Origin: the human T2T-CHM13v2.0 reference genome, Homo sapiens | Strand: one strand, 5' to 3' | Length of the DNA: 64,000 nt | Assembly: GCF_009914755.1 (NCBI RefSeq) | Contig: NC_060930.1 | Shown: positions 30,679 to 42,739 of the stretch, piece after piece | Numbering within the stretch: position 1 is the stretch's first letter | Layout: each line of letters opens with the position of its first letter | Program-made: the position numbers and the translations under genes | The notes under the pieces: model-generated | What the model was told of the DNA's origin: nothing | The model's database searches: none | Seen by the model: only the letters and a program-made list of their open reading frames with translations

Positions 30679-30974
30679 CAAGTGAAGTAACTCAGGAATG
30701 GAAAACCAAACATCGTATGTTCTCACTTATAAGTGGGAGCTAAGCTATGAGGATGCAAAGGCATAAGACTGACACAATGGACTTTGAGGTCTCAGGGAGA
30801 AAGAATGGAAAGGGGGTGACAGATGAAAGATTACAAATAGGGTGCTATGTATACTGCTTAAGTGACGGGTGCACCAAAATCTCACAAATCCCCACTAAAG
30901 AACTTACTCATGTAACCAAACACCACCTGTTCCCCAACAACCTATGGAAATTGAAAAAAAAAAAAAAACAAAAC
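30679..30974 (+). mobile_element. L1PB1-type 3' end
   Basis: AAGTGAAGTAACTCAGGAATGGAAAACCAAACATCGTATGTTCTCACT...GAACTTACTCATGTAACCAAACACCACCTG, then an A tail. Confidence 0.88.
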
Positions 30975-31759
30975 TGATCCTGAATTGTCAAAGGTACTAG
31001 TAGGACATTAAAATTTTTCTTATTTTCAGAGTTCTGTAGAAGCATACACTGTAAAAAGATGCAAATATAACTTCTAGGGATGAAAGTACAATATATGCGA
31101 GGAAATATACACTAGATTAAATTAACATCAGTTTAAACATTGCAAAAAGAAAACATTAGCTAATTTGAAGACATAGGAATTATTAAAAGTACAACATAAA
31201 ATAAAAATAACAAAGAGAAACAGTGAGCTATGAAACAACTATATAAGTGCTAATAATATACATGTAATTGAAGTCTCCAAAAGGAGGCCAGAAAAAATAT
31301 GAAGAAATAATGACTGTTTTTCAAATATGAAAGTACTATAAATCCACAAATCTAGGATGTTCAGCAAAGCTCAAGTACAAAAATCCTGAATAAAATGACA
31401 CTTAAGCACATTATCCTCAAATCATTCAAAACCAATGATAAAGGAAAAATCTTAAAGACAGACAGAAAAAAGACACATTACATACAAGGAGAAGAAAAAG
31501 ATAAGATTGATAGTAGATTGCTCATTGTAAACAATCAAGCAAGAAAATACATTCTTTTAGGGTACTAAAAGGAGAAAAAAGACTACATAGAATTCTATAT
31601 GGAATAAAAATATATTTCAAAAAGGAGGACAGAATAAAGACTTACGTGGCTATACAAAAACAAATAATTTCTTCTCAACAGGCCCACACTAAAGGAATTG
31701 TTAAATAAATTTCATTAGGAAGAAATAAAATGAAATTAAAATCTAAAAAAAGGAACAGT

Positions 31760-32051
31760 ATGTACCAGGGCTTTTTTGGGGTTTCCCATCTGTGGTATAA
31801 ATGGGGCACATGCCATGGAGACCCTGTCTGCCCCAGGCAGCTTTCTAAGCCTTGGGAAAACTGGTTTTCAATGATCCTAGGTTTTTGTTGTCTCTTGATG
31901 TCTATTTGTCAAAAATAAATTTACTTCAAGTAACTTGTTGCATGTGAAAAATAAATTTACTTCAAGTAACTTGTTGCATGTGAGTGTGTTCAGTCTCACC
32001 ACACTCAGACAAGTTGGCAACCACTACAAAGTGAATGTGAACCTGCCTCAC
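31760..32051 (+). mobile_element. ERV LTR 3' portion, family not determined
   Basis: TATAAA box, AATAAA followed by a GT-rich tract, and an LTR-like end GTGAACCTGCCTCACA. Confidence 0.6.
31911..31982. repeat. Perfect 36-bp tandem duplication
   Basis: AAAAATAAATTTACTTCAAGTAACTTGTTGCATGTG twice (31911-31946, 31947-31982). Confidence 0.97.
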
Positions 32052-33638
32052 AAGGGGGTGCACATTTTTGTGGGGTCTTCCTCCAGTAACCACACCTTGC
32101 TCCCAAGGTGAAGATTTGAGAAAGATGTCCTCATGGCTCTGGCAGGAGAAGGGGATCAGTCAGTAATCATTAGTTTTCAGAGATTTTTCTCTAATAAAAG
32201 GCCTACTCTCCAAGGAGAAACGTGTTTCCTGAGATTTATCTCAGCTGGCAGATCATTTCTCCCACTTCAGTCCTTTCTGACTTTCATGGTTTCCCTAAGG
32301 GGAGAAGAGTATACATAATCAACAGGGGTCAGGGCTTCAGCAAAATGGATTGGGAATGCTGCAACCAAGGGAAGAAATTAAAAGATGCTTGCAAAGGTCA
32401 CAGCCTAGAGACACAGACCATTAAGAGAGTAAATTTAACCTTACCATTGTAGAACTTTTTTTCTTCCTCACACCTTACTATCATGCCATTGAGTATCTAC
32501 TATAACAGTGGGTTACAGCTGAAAGCGATGTAGATACAGCCTGCAAGAAAAGTACTTAAGTAAGATTAAGGTCAAGAGAGAACAGAAACAAGGACACTAG
32601 AGGAATTTGAAGAAAATGGCACATATAGCTACAACAAACATTAAAGATAGTCAATTTTTAGTCATACTAACACAAATTCCCACACTAAACACCTAAACCT
32701 AATTTTGTGTGTGTGTGTATGTGTATGTGTGTGTATGTATGCATGTGTAAAAGAGTGTTATTCATCTCAGCCTTCTGGATTTGTATTTTATTAATCTGCC
32801 TGTTACTCACTTTGTAAAGTTTTTGTCTATTATTAATATCACTTTTTGTCTGTTATTATAGCACCTAAATGCCCAAAACTTGATTCTACATAAAGAAAAA
32901 AAGGAATTGTAGAAAAAAAAGACAATTGAAGAAAAAATACGTAAAGACAATATGTAATCTTTTATTTTTCTTATTTTTAATCTAAATAATAACTATTTGT
33001 TTACAGAAATGTTAGCAAGAAAGTTTTAGGTTATTTGAGTTTCTATTACTGGGATAAACTTTGAGGATTTCAACAACAACAAAATAAAACTACAAAAAAA
33101 TGGAAAGGCAAAATAAAGAAACAAAATCTCCTCTGTCTGAAGAGCTAAAGCCACCATATTCAGATTCAGATATGACAATGATGTTGAAATCTTTAAACGG
33201 TGAATTTGAAATAACTATGATTAATACACTTAGGGATATAATGGAAAAAACATACAACATGAAAGAACAGATGGTTAAGGAGACATATGCAGACTATAAG
33301 AAGAAATCTAAATGAAGTGATAGAAATTAAGTACTGTAACAGGAATAAAAAATGACTTTGGTGAACTTACCAGTAGACTGGATACACTTGAGGAAAAAGT
33401 AGTGAGTTTGAACATAGGTTTATAGAAACTTCAAAAAATAAAATGCAAAGAGAAAAAACTAAACAGAACATCTAAGAACTGTAGGATAATTTCAAGATAT
33501 GTAATGTATTTGTAATTGTAATACCAGAAAAAGAGAGAGATAATGAAGCAGAAAAAATATGTGAAGTAATAATAGGCAAACCTTTCCCAAGTGAATAACA
33601 GACAATAAACACAGATTCAGAAGGCTGAGATGAATAAT

Positions 33639-33640
<2 letters not shown>

Positions 33641-33672
<32 letters not shown>
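33641..33672. repeat. (AC)16 microsatellite
   Basis: Read directly from the sequence. Confidence 0.95.
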
Positions 33673-33675
<3 letters not shown>

Positions 33676-35423
33676 ACATTCAAACTGCAGAAAACCAAAG
33701 ACAACAAAAAATCTTAAAGAAATCAGAGGGAAGGACAGAACAAAACAGATTACCTTACTTGTGGAGGCATAAGAATAAGAATTACAGTGACCTTTTCATC
33801 AGAAATGAGAGGAGTAGGTATAGTATATAGTGAAGCATTTAAAGAGGTGAAAGAAAAACATGGCCAATCTAGAATTCCACATCAGCCAAAATTATCCTTC
33901 AAAATGAAGAACAAATAAAGATTTTCTCAGATAAATGAAAACTGAGGGAAATTATCACCAGTACACCTGTCTTGCAGGAAATATTAAACAAGCTTCAGGC
34001 ATACAGAAGATTATATAGGTCACAAACTTGATTCTACATAGAGAAATGAAGAGATTTGAAAAAAAATACATAAAGGAAAAATGTAAACTTTTATTTATTT
34101 TAGTTTTAATTGATCTAAATAACTGTTTGTTTAAATGAATGTTAGCAAGAAAGTATTTAATTGTAGCCTACAGATAAATCAAATGAATAATAGCAATGAC
34201 ACAAGTTACTTTAAGAAATAATTGGGAATACACTGTTAAAGCTAGTTGTAGTACATGTAATATATGGTGTCAACTGACAGTTGATGGGGATTAGTTAAAA
34301 TATATATTGAAAACTTTGGGTTGACCATGAAAAACAATATTTTTAAAATATAATTAAGATGCTAAAAGAAGAGCTAAAATGAATATCATTACATTATAAA
34401 TGAAAACAAGATAAGGGAAGAAAGTCAGGGGAATAAAGAAAAAAGAAGAATGAAAGCCACCAGTAGAAATCAGTTGCAAACATGGAAGCTATTAATAAAA
34501 TTTTTACAAATAATCACTGTTAAATATGAGTTGTCTCAATACATTAATTAAAAGATGGTTGGAATGGATTAAAAATTACACCTAAGTATATCTTATCCGT
34601 AAGAAACACATTTTAAATATAATGATACTAATAAGTTAAAAGCAAATATAAAAAACAAAAGAGATATATCATGCTAACATTAATAACAGTAAGCAGGAGT
34701 AGCTATATTAGGTTAAGACAAAGCAGACTTCTGAACGAGGAAAACTGCTTGGGATAAGAGGAGGCATTACATAATGATAAAAGAATCAATTCTCCAAGAT
34801 GATACAACAAGCAATAATTTAGATGCACTTGTAACAGAGCATCAAATATATGAGTAAAACAACATAAGACTGAAAGGTAAATTAGATAAATCTACCTTTA
34901 TAGGTGAAGATTTCAACATCCCTCTGAAAATAATTAATAGATCAATAATAGCAAAAAATAGTAAGCATATAAATCACATGAACAGCATTAGCAATCGACT
35001 TGTTCTAATTTACATTTGTAGAATACTGTATTCAACAACAAAAAACACACATTCTTTTCAAGCTTACATGGAACACAGGATATCAACAATGTGGTTTGTA
35101 AAACAAAATTTAATTAAAAAGAATATGAAGCATAAAAATATGTTTTCAGACCAAATGGTACTAAACTAAAAATCAGTAATAGAAATGTCGTTGAAAAAAA
35201 CTTCCAAATTTAGAAATTAAACAAGATACTTCTAAATAATACATAATTCAAATTAGTTATCTTAAGAGATCTTAGAAACTATTTGCAATATACCTTTTGA
35301 ACAATTGTGAAGTATGGCAAAAGCACCACTTAGAGGGAAATTTATTGCACTAAAGATTATATTAGAAAAAAAGGAAAGATCTAAAATCTATAACCCAAGA
35401 ATCAATGAAACCAAAAGTTAGTT

Positions 35424-35512
35424 TTTTGTTGTTGTTGTTGTTGTTTGTTTTTTGAGAAGTTAGAAATTTTAGAGAAATGGCATTCTTACATTGAAGGCTG
35501 GGAGCACATTCA
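35424..35512 (-). pseudogene. Tiny orphan retrocopy (59-nt body plus A-rich tail), source RNA unknown
   Basis: Non-L1 sequence interrupting the L1, with a T/(GTT)n tract at 35424-35453, flanked by the exact 12-bp repeat CAAAAGTTAGTT (35412-35423 / 35513-35524). Confidence 0.7.
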
Positions 35513-36944
35513 CAAAAGTTAGTTCTATAGAAGGATAACTAAGATCAATAGACACTTAGCTAGATTAACAAAAAAAAAAAAAAAAGAGGGAGAAGATCCA
35601 AATAATCACAATTGGCCATAAATGACAAAGGAGACATTATAACTGATCCTACAGAAATACAAATGATCCTCAGACACTGTTATGGAAACCCCTATTTATA
35701 AAAACTAGAAATTCTAGAAGTAGTGAATAAATCCCTAAAACACACAGTCTTCCAAGATTGAAGCAGGAAGAAACTGAAACACCAAACAGACTAATATCAA
35801 GTTTCAAAACTAAATCCGTAATAAAGAACCTAACAAAAAATATTTGTAACAGAGGGAGTGACACTTGAATTGTACCAGACATACATAGAAGACCTGGTAA
35901 TCCTTCGACTGAAACTGTTCCAAAAAATTGAGGAGGTAGGAGTCCTCCCTAATTTGTTTTATGTGGCCAACATTACCCTGATAACAAAACTTAGCAAAGA
36001 CACAGTGAAAGAAGAAAACTACATGCAGATATCCCTGATGAACGTAGACACAGATATCCTCAACAAAATATTAACAACCTGAATTCAATAGTACATCAAA
36101 AATTTAATTCACCGTGATCCAGTAGTCTTCATTCCTCAGATGCAAGATTGGTTCAACATACACGAATCAATAAATGTAATTCAACACATACGTAGAATTA
36201 AAACAAAAACCATGTGATTATCTCAATAGATGTGAAAAAAGCTTTTGATGAAATTCAATATCCCTTCATGATAAAAAAAAAAAAAAAACTCAAGAAACTA
36301 AATAGTGAAGGAACAAACCTCAAAATTATAGCCACCTCTGAGAAAGCCAAAACCAAAATCATACTGAATGGACAAAAACTGGAAACATTCCCCTTGAGAA
36401 CTGGAACAAGACAAGAATGTCACTCTCACCACTTCAATTCAACATAGTACTGGAAGTGCTAGCCAGAGCAATCAGGCAAGATAAAGAAACAAAAGGCATT
36501 CAAACAGGAAAAGAAAAAAAAGCAAAGTATCTCCTCTAGTGGATGATAAGATTCTATATGTAGAAACCCCTAACGACTCCACAAAAAGACTCCTGGAAGT
36601 GATCAATGACTTGAGCAAAGTTTCAGATATAAGATACAAAAATCAGTAGCATTTCTATATACCAAGAGCATTCAAGCTGACAGCCAAATCAAGAACATAA
36701 ACCCATTTACAATAGCCACTCACAAAAATAAAATGTGTGGGAATACATCTAACCAAGAAGGCAAAAAAATCTCTATAAGGAGAACTACAAAACCCTGGTA
36801 AAGGAAATCATACATGACACAAACAAATGAAAAAGCATTCCATGCTCATGTATTGGAAGAATCAATGTTGTTAAATGGCTAAACTGCCCAAAGCCATCTA
36901 CAGATTCAGTGCTATTCCTATCAAACCACTAACATTGTTTTTCC

Positions 36945-37274
36945 CAGAATTGAAAAAAAAAAAAAAAACTATTCTGAAATTCATACGAAACAAAAAAGGC
37001 CTGAATAGCCAAAGCAATCATTAGCAAAAGACAACAAAACCAGAAGCATCACATTCTCCAATTTCAAACAAACTATAAGGCTAGGTAACCAAAACAGAAT
37101 TGGAAACAAAAAAAAAAAACAAAAATAAACAAAAAAACAACTATTCTGAAATTCATATGGAACAAAAAAGGCCTGAATAGCCAAAGCAATCCTTAGCAAA
37201 AAACAACAAAACCAGAGGCACAACATTCCCCAACTTCAAACAAACTATAAAACTAGGTAACAAAAACAGAATTG
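36945..37274. repeat. Tandem duplication within L1 ORF2 (150-bp and 172-bp copies)
   Basis: CAGAATTG at 36945, 37095 and 37267 bounds two copies of CTATTCTGAAATTCATA...CTAGGTAAC. Confidence 0.95.
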
Positions 37275-39110
37275 TACTTGTACAAAATAGACACATAGAC
37301 AAATGAAACAAAATGTAGAACCCAGAAATAAACCCACACATTCACAGACATCTAATCTCTGACAAGGTCAACAAAAATAAGCCATAGGGTAGGACTTCCT
37401 ATTCAAAAAATGGTGCTGAGATAGCTAGTGAGCCTGTGCAGAATGAAATTGGACCCCTACCTTTTCACCATATACAAAAATTAACTAAAGATGGATTAAA
37501 GATATAAATATATGACTTCAAACTACAATAATCCTAGAAGAAAATCCAAGAAACACTATTCTGGACATGGAACTTGGGAAATAATTTATTAGTAAGTTCT
37601 CAAAGGCAATCGCAACAAAAACAAAAAACTGACCATTAAACTAATAAGCTAGCGCACAGAAAGAAAAAAAAAGAAAAGAAAAAAAAAACCACCTCCACTA
37701 CAGACAACAACAACAACAACAAAAAATACTATTAAAAGAGTAAACAGACAACCTACAGAACAGGGAAAAATATTTGCAAACTATGCATCTGACAAATGTG
37801 TAATATCCAGAATTTACAAGGAACTTCAACAATTGAACAAGCAAAAAACAAATAACCCCACTAAAAAATAGGCAAAAGACATGAACAGACACTTCTCAAA
37901 AGAAGATACAAGCAGGCAACAAGCATATTAAAATGCGTATTATCACTGATCATCAGAGAAACAGAGAAATGCAAATTAAAACCACAATGAGATACTATCT
38001 CCACACAAGTCAGAATGGCTATTATCAAAAAGTCAAAGAATAACAGATGCTGCAGACAAAAGGGAACACTTGTACACTGTTGGTGGGAATGTAAATTAGT
38101 TCAGCCACTATGGAAAGCAGTGTGGATATTTCTCAGAGAACATGAAACAGAACTACTATTTGACCCACCAACCGCATTACTAGGTTTATATCCAAAAGAA
38201 AACAAATTCTTCTACCAAAAAGATACATGCACTCGCATGTTCATCACAGCATAATTCACAAGAGCAAAGTCATGGAATCAACCTAGGTGCCCACAAACAG
38301 TGAACTCGATAAAGAAAATGTGATGCATATATACCATGGAATATTATGCAGCAATAAAAAATAATGAAATCATGACCTTGCAGCAACGTGGATGGAGCTG
38401 GAGGCCATTATCCTAAACAAATTAATGCAGAAACAGAAAAACACATACCACATGCTCTCACTTATAAGTGGGAAAGAGATATGGGGTACTCATGAACATA
38501 AAGATGCAACAATAGAACCTAGGGGCTACTAAAGGGGTAAGGGAGGGAGGAGGACAAGGGTTGGAAAGCTAATTGTTGGGTACTATGCTCAGGATAATTT
38601 GTACCCCAAACTGCAGCATCACACAATATACCTGTGTAACAAACCTGCACATGTACCCCTGACTCTAAAATAAAAGTTGAAAAAAAAATCTGTAATCAAG
38701 TTTTCACCTTTGTAAATTACAGGAATAAGAGTAATTTAAGGTAAATGCAAGCAGAAGAAACAATAAAATTTAGAACAGAAATAGAAATTGAAAATAGGCC
38801 AACAATAGGAATAAAGCAATGAAAACTAAAGCTGGTTTTTAAGATTAATAAAATTAGTAAACCTCTAGCCAGACTAACCAAAATTATAAGGAGAAGATGC
38901 AAACTACCAAGATTATAAATGAAAAAGAGGACATTACTATTGTTCACATGGACATTTAAAGAGTAGTTATGATGACTACAAATAAATTTATGTGCACAAA
39001 TTTGATAACACAGGTCTAAAGACAAGTTTATTGAAAAATATGACTATGTAGAAAATACTAAAGAATCTACATAACAACTCCTGAAATTGGTAGATAAACA
39101 TAGTGAGATT

Positions 39111-39299
39111 GGTGGGGCATAGTAGCTCACTGCTATAATCCCTACATGTTGGGAGGTTGAGACATGAGCAGACACTTCTCAAAAGAAGTATCTGTTAATG
39201 GATAGCTTGAGGCCAGGAGTTCAAGACCAGCCTGGGGTAACATAGCGAGACCCTGTCTCTACTTAAAAAATAAAAAATAAAATGAAATAAAGAAAAAAA
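39111..39299 (+). mobile_element. FLAM (Alu left monomer) carrying a short L1-derived insert
   Basis: GGATAGCTTGAGGCCAGGAGTTCAAGACCAGCCTGG...GAGACCCTGTCTCTAC followed by an A-rich tail. Confidence 0.85.
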
Positions 39300-42200
39300 T
39301 ATATAGCAAGGTGGGGGGATACAAGGTCAATATATGAAAGTTAATAGACTTCCTATTCACCAGCAATGAGCACATGATATTTGAAATTAAATATAATATG
39401 ATTTACAGCTGTACTCCAATCAAAGACAAAAACAAGAAATAAATACTTGGGTGTTAGTCTAACAACACATATACTGTATCTCTATGAAGAAAATTATAAA
39501 ACACTGATGAAAACAATAAAAGAAGTTATAAATAAATGGAAAGATGTGTCATAATCATTAACTGGAAGACTCAATATGTTTAAGATGTTAATTCTTTCCA
39601 AGTTGATCTATAGATTCAATGCATTGCCAACTCAAAACTCGGGAAGCTGTTTTGTAGAAACTAGCAAATTAATACTAAAATTTGGATGGAAGGCAAAGAT
39701 TTAGAATAGCCAACCTAATATCGAAGAAAAAGGAAATTTGAGAACTTAAAAATACATGACTTAAGGAGTTACTATAAAGCTACAGTAATTCAAGTAAGGT
39801 TAGAATTAGTTAAAGAATAGACACATAGATCAATGAAACAGAATAGATAATTCAGAAATAGACCTACACAAATACAGTAAATTGATTTTTTACAATGGCA
39901 CAAAGGCAGTTCAATACAGAAAGGATAGCCCTCCTTAATAAATGGTGCTGTAACAATTGGACATCCATATGCCAAAAAACAACAACAACAACAAAAAGAA
40001 ACAACAAACAAACAAACAAAAAACCCAGACAAGACTTCAAACCTTTAATAAAATTAAAATAAAAATGTATTATAGACTTAAATGTCAAAAGCATAGGAGA
40101 AAATCTACCCAACTTTGGTAATGACTGGGTGATGACAGAACAACTAAAGTATGACTCATGTAAGAGAAATGTGTAGATTGGTTTCTATTAAATTTAAAAC
40201 TTTAGGTTCTGCTAAGGAAACTGTAAAGAGGATTTAGAGAATTGCCACGGACTGGGAGAAATATTTGCAAAAGACACATATGATAAATCTTTTTAGTTAT
40301 AAAGGGTTTTGTGTAAAAATATATAAAACCTCCTTGAATTCAATACAAAGGCAACAACCTAATTAAGAAAAATGAAAAAGGGATGAACCTGAGCAGACAC
40401 CTTGCCAAATAAGATATACAGATGAAAAATAAGCATATGAAAACATTCTCAATGTTATATGTCATTAGGGCAGTACAAATTAAAACGAGATACCATGAAA
40501 GTTCTACTAGAATTACAAAATTAAAAAAAATACTGACATTCCCAAATGTTCTTAAAGATACTATGCAATGGGAATTCTCATTCATTGTTAATCAGAATGT
40601 CAAGTGGTACAACCACCTTCGAAGAGAGTTTGGCGATTTTTTACAAAGCTAAACATGTCTTATCAAACAGTTCAGCAAATGTGCTCCTTGACATTTACCG
40701 AAATGATCTGAAAACTTATGTCCACACAGAAACCTGCACATGAATGTTTATACCATCTTTATTTGCAGGTACCCCAAACTGGAAGCAATCAAGATATCTT
40801 TCCATAGGTGAATGGATAAACAAACTGTGGTGCATCATACAATGGAATGCTATTCAGCAATATAGAAGTGTGCTATCAAGCCATGCAAAGGCATGTATGG
40901 ATCTTAAATGTGTGTTGAAAAGGGAAAGAATCCAATCAGAAAAGGCTACATTCCATTTCTCTGGAATAGGCACACTTATAGAGACTCTATAGGGTCTTAT
41001 AGAGATCAGTGATTAACATAAATTAAAGCAGCAGTGAATGGGTTAAATAGGTGAAATACACGGGAAATTTTAGGACAAATCAACCATTTCCATATGATAG
41101 TGTAATTATGGATACATAAGACTTGTATCAAAACCCATAGAAATTTACATCACAAAGATCTCAGTGTGTGCAAATTGGAAAAAAAATAATTAGATGTTCA
41201 GAGGATGTCAGGAAAGAATCCTACTATAACAAAGATTCTAACTGCATTATAAATACATAGAATAAATTCACTGTTGCAGGGAGTATTGACATGTAATTTT
41301 GGAAATATGTATAACTATTAAAACTAAAGGCAAAAAAACTATAAATCAGTATTGTATTTTAGCTAATAAAATTCTTTCCCATGGACTACAGGCAAACAAT
41401 TCTGAAACCTCTCTTTATGTATACTGACTTGAGTAATTAAGCAAATTTTTATTGAATAATGGGAGACAAGTTTCTCAGTGTTGGACTGGAAGGTTACAGA
41501 TGGATAAGGGAGGCCCAGAATGATCCTTGTGGAAATGGATGAAAATTGAGGACACTAGTATGAACTCATAATTAATTATATATATATATATATGGTTACA
41601 TATAGAAATATATACAGATACATGTATATACATGTGTCAATTCACACACGTTTCTTCTTGCTCTGTTTGTTAAAAAAGCCTGGAATGAATGCCTCAGTCA
41701 TATTTAATGCATCTGGATCTTCATTACTTTGACCATTCTACATAAATGGAACCAGGGTTTCTTGGAAAAGTGGCTGATTCTAACATTGGGGCAAGAAATA
41801 TTAAAGATGAAAATAGATTGTCTTATGGTGCCAGAAAGTAAGAAAGTACTAAAAAAAAATGCACAAAACAAACCCCTCATTAATGGGAGTATGTCAACAG
41901 GAAACAGGAATCATTCTCAAGAGCTCCGAATGGCCATTAAAGCAATATTTTATTATAATCCAAAGAGTAAAATAAAGATTCATGAGTCCATTTTGAAATA
42001 AAGGATTGAATAAATGAATGAATGAATGCATGCATTGATAAGAGGGAAGAAACAAAAACTTCTGCACCAAAAAAAAAAAAATGCAAATAATGTACATAGA
42101 TTCTCTGTCCTCAAGCTTAGGGGACATAACTTCTCACTTCTCAAGCTTGGACTCTAAATAGTGACTTTCTTCCAGTTATGGAAAAAGAGAAAAGGACATT

Positions 42201-42739
42201 AACTCAGTAAGGTGATCACAGTTAGGATCAATTGTGATAAAACATGTTGACGGTATGCACCATTAATATGGTGTAATGAGAATGACATTTTACCTTCATG
42301 TTCTTCCTCCCCAAATCCCATAACTCTTAGTCTAATCATAGGAAAAATATCAGACAAATCCCAGTTGAGAAGCATTCTACAAAATATCTATTAATCCTTA
42401 AAACTCTTAAGGTTATAAAAAACAAGAAAAGTCTGAGAAACTTTCATAGTCAAGAAACTCTTCACTAGGAAAATGACAGTTTAAATATAATGTGATATCC
42501 TGTATGTGATACTGAAACAAAAAACTGATGGTAGGTAAAAACTAAGCAAATCTGCATAAAATATGGATTTAGCTAATAATAATACTATATCAACATTGTT
42601 TCACTAATTGTAATAAGTATATCTTACTAATGCAAGATGTTAATAATTGGGAAATCTGGGGCAGTTTGTATGGGAATTGTACTATCCTGAAAATGGATTT
42701 ATAGATCTAATTCTATTCAAAAATAAAAAGAAAAAAGGG

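Larger units (their letters stand above)
27500..31750 (+). mobile_element. Old L1M 5'UTR/ORF1 remnants (27500-28229, 30478-30678, 30975-31750), host to THE1 and L1PB insertions
   Basis: ORF1-like motifs GAATTTGAAGACAGGTCCATAGATATTATCCAAACTGAA, AAACCAATGATAAAGGAAAAATCTTAAAGACAGACAGA and TAGAATTCTATAT. Confidence 0.7.
35394..38684 (+). mobile_element. 5'-truncated primate L1 (L1PA16/17-like), ~3.3 kb, nested in L1MC ORF2
   Basis: RT and C-terminal ORF2 remnants ([19 protein letters not shown]; TLVHCWWECKLVQPLWKAVW). 3' end AACAAACCTGCACATGTACCCC...TAAAATAAAAGTTGAAAA. TSD AAAATCTATAA (35383-35393) / AAAATCTGTAA (38685-38695). Confidence 0.9.
32052..42737 (+). mobile_element. Near full-length degenerate L1MC (L1MCa-like 5' end, L1MC3-like long 3'UTR) with nested insertions
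   Basis: 5'UTR, ORF1 (33100-34020), endonuclease/ORF2 (34500-35393, resuming at 38696), and a 3'UTR with GGAACCAGGG...GGCTGATTCTA and ATCAGACAAATCCCAGTTGAGAAGCATTCTACAAAATA. No intact ORF. Confidence 0.8.

Noticed and set aside
31911-31982. 36-bp direct repeats resembling a CRISPR repeat length
   Set aside because: Only two abutting copies, no spacers, no cas genes, and the DNA is human.
35858-38254. ORFs with reverse transcriptase / L1 ORF2 similarity
   Set aside because: Short frameshifted remnants of a truncated dead L1, not an active RT system.
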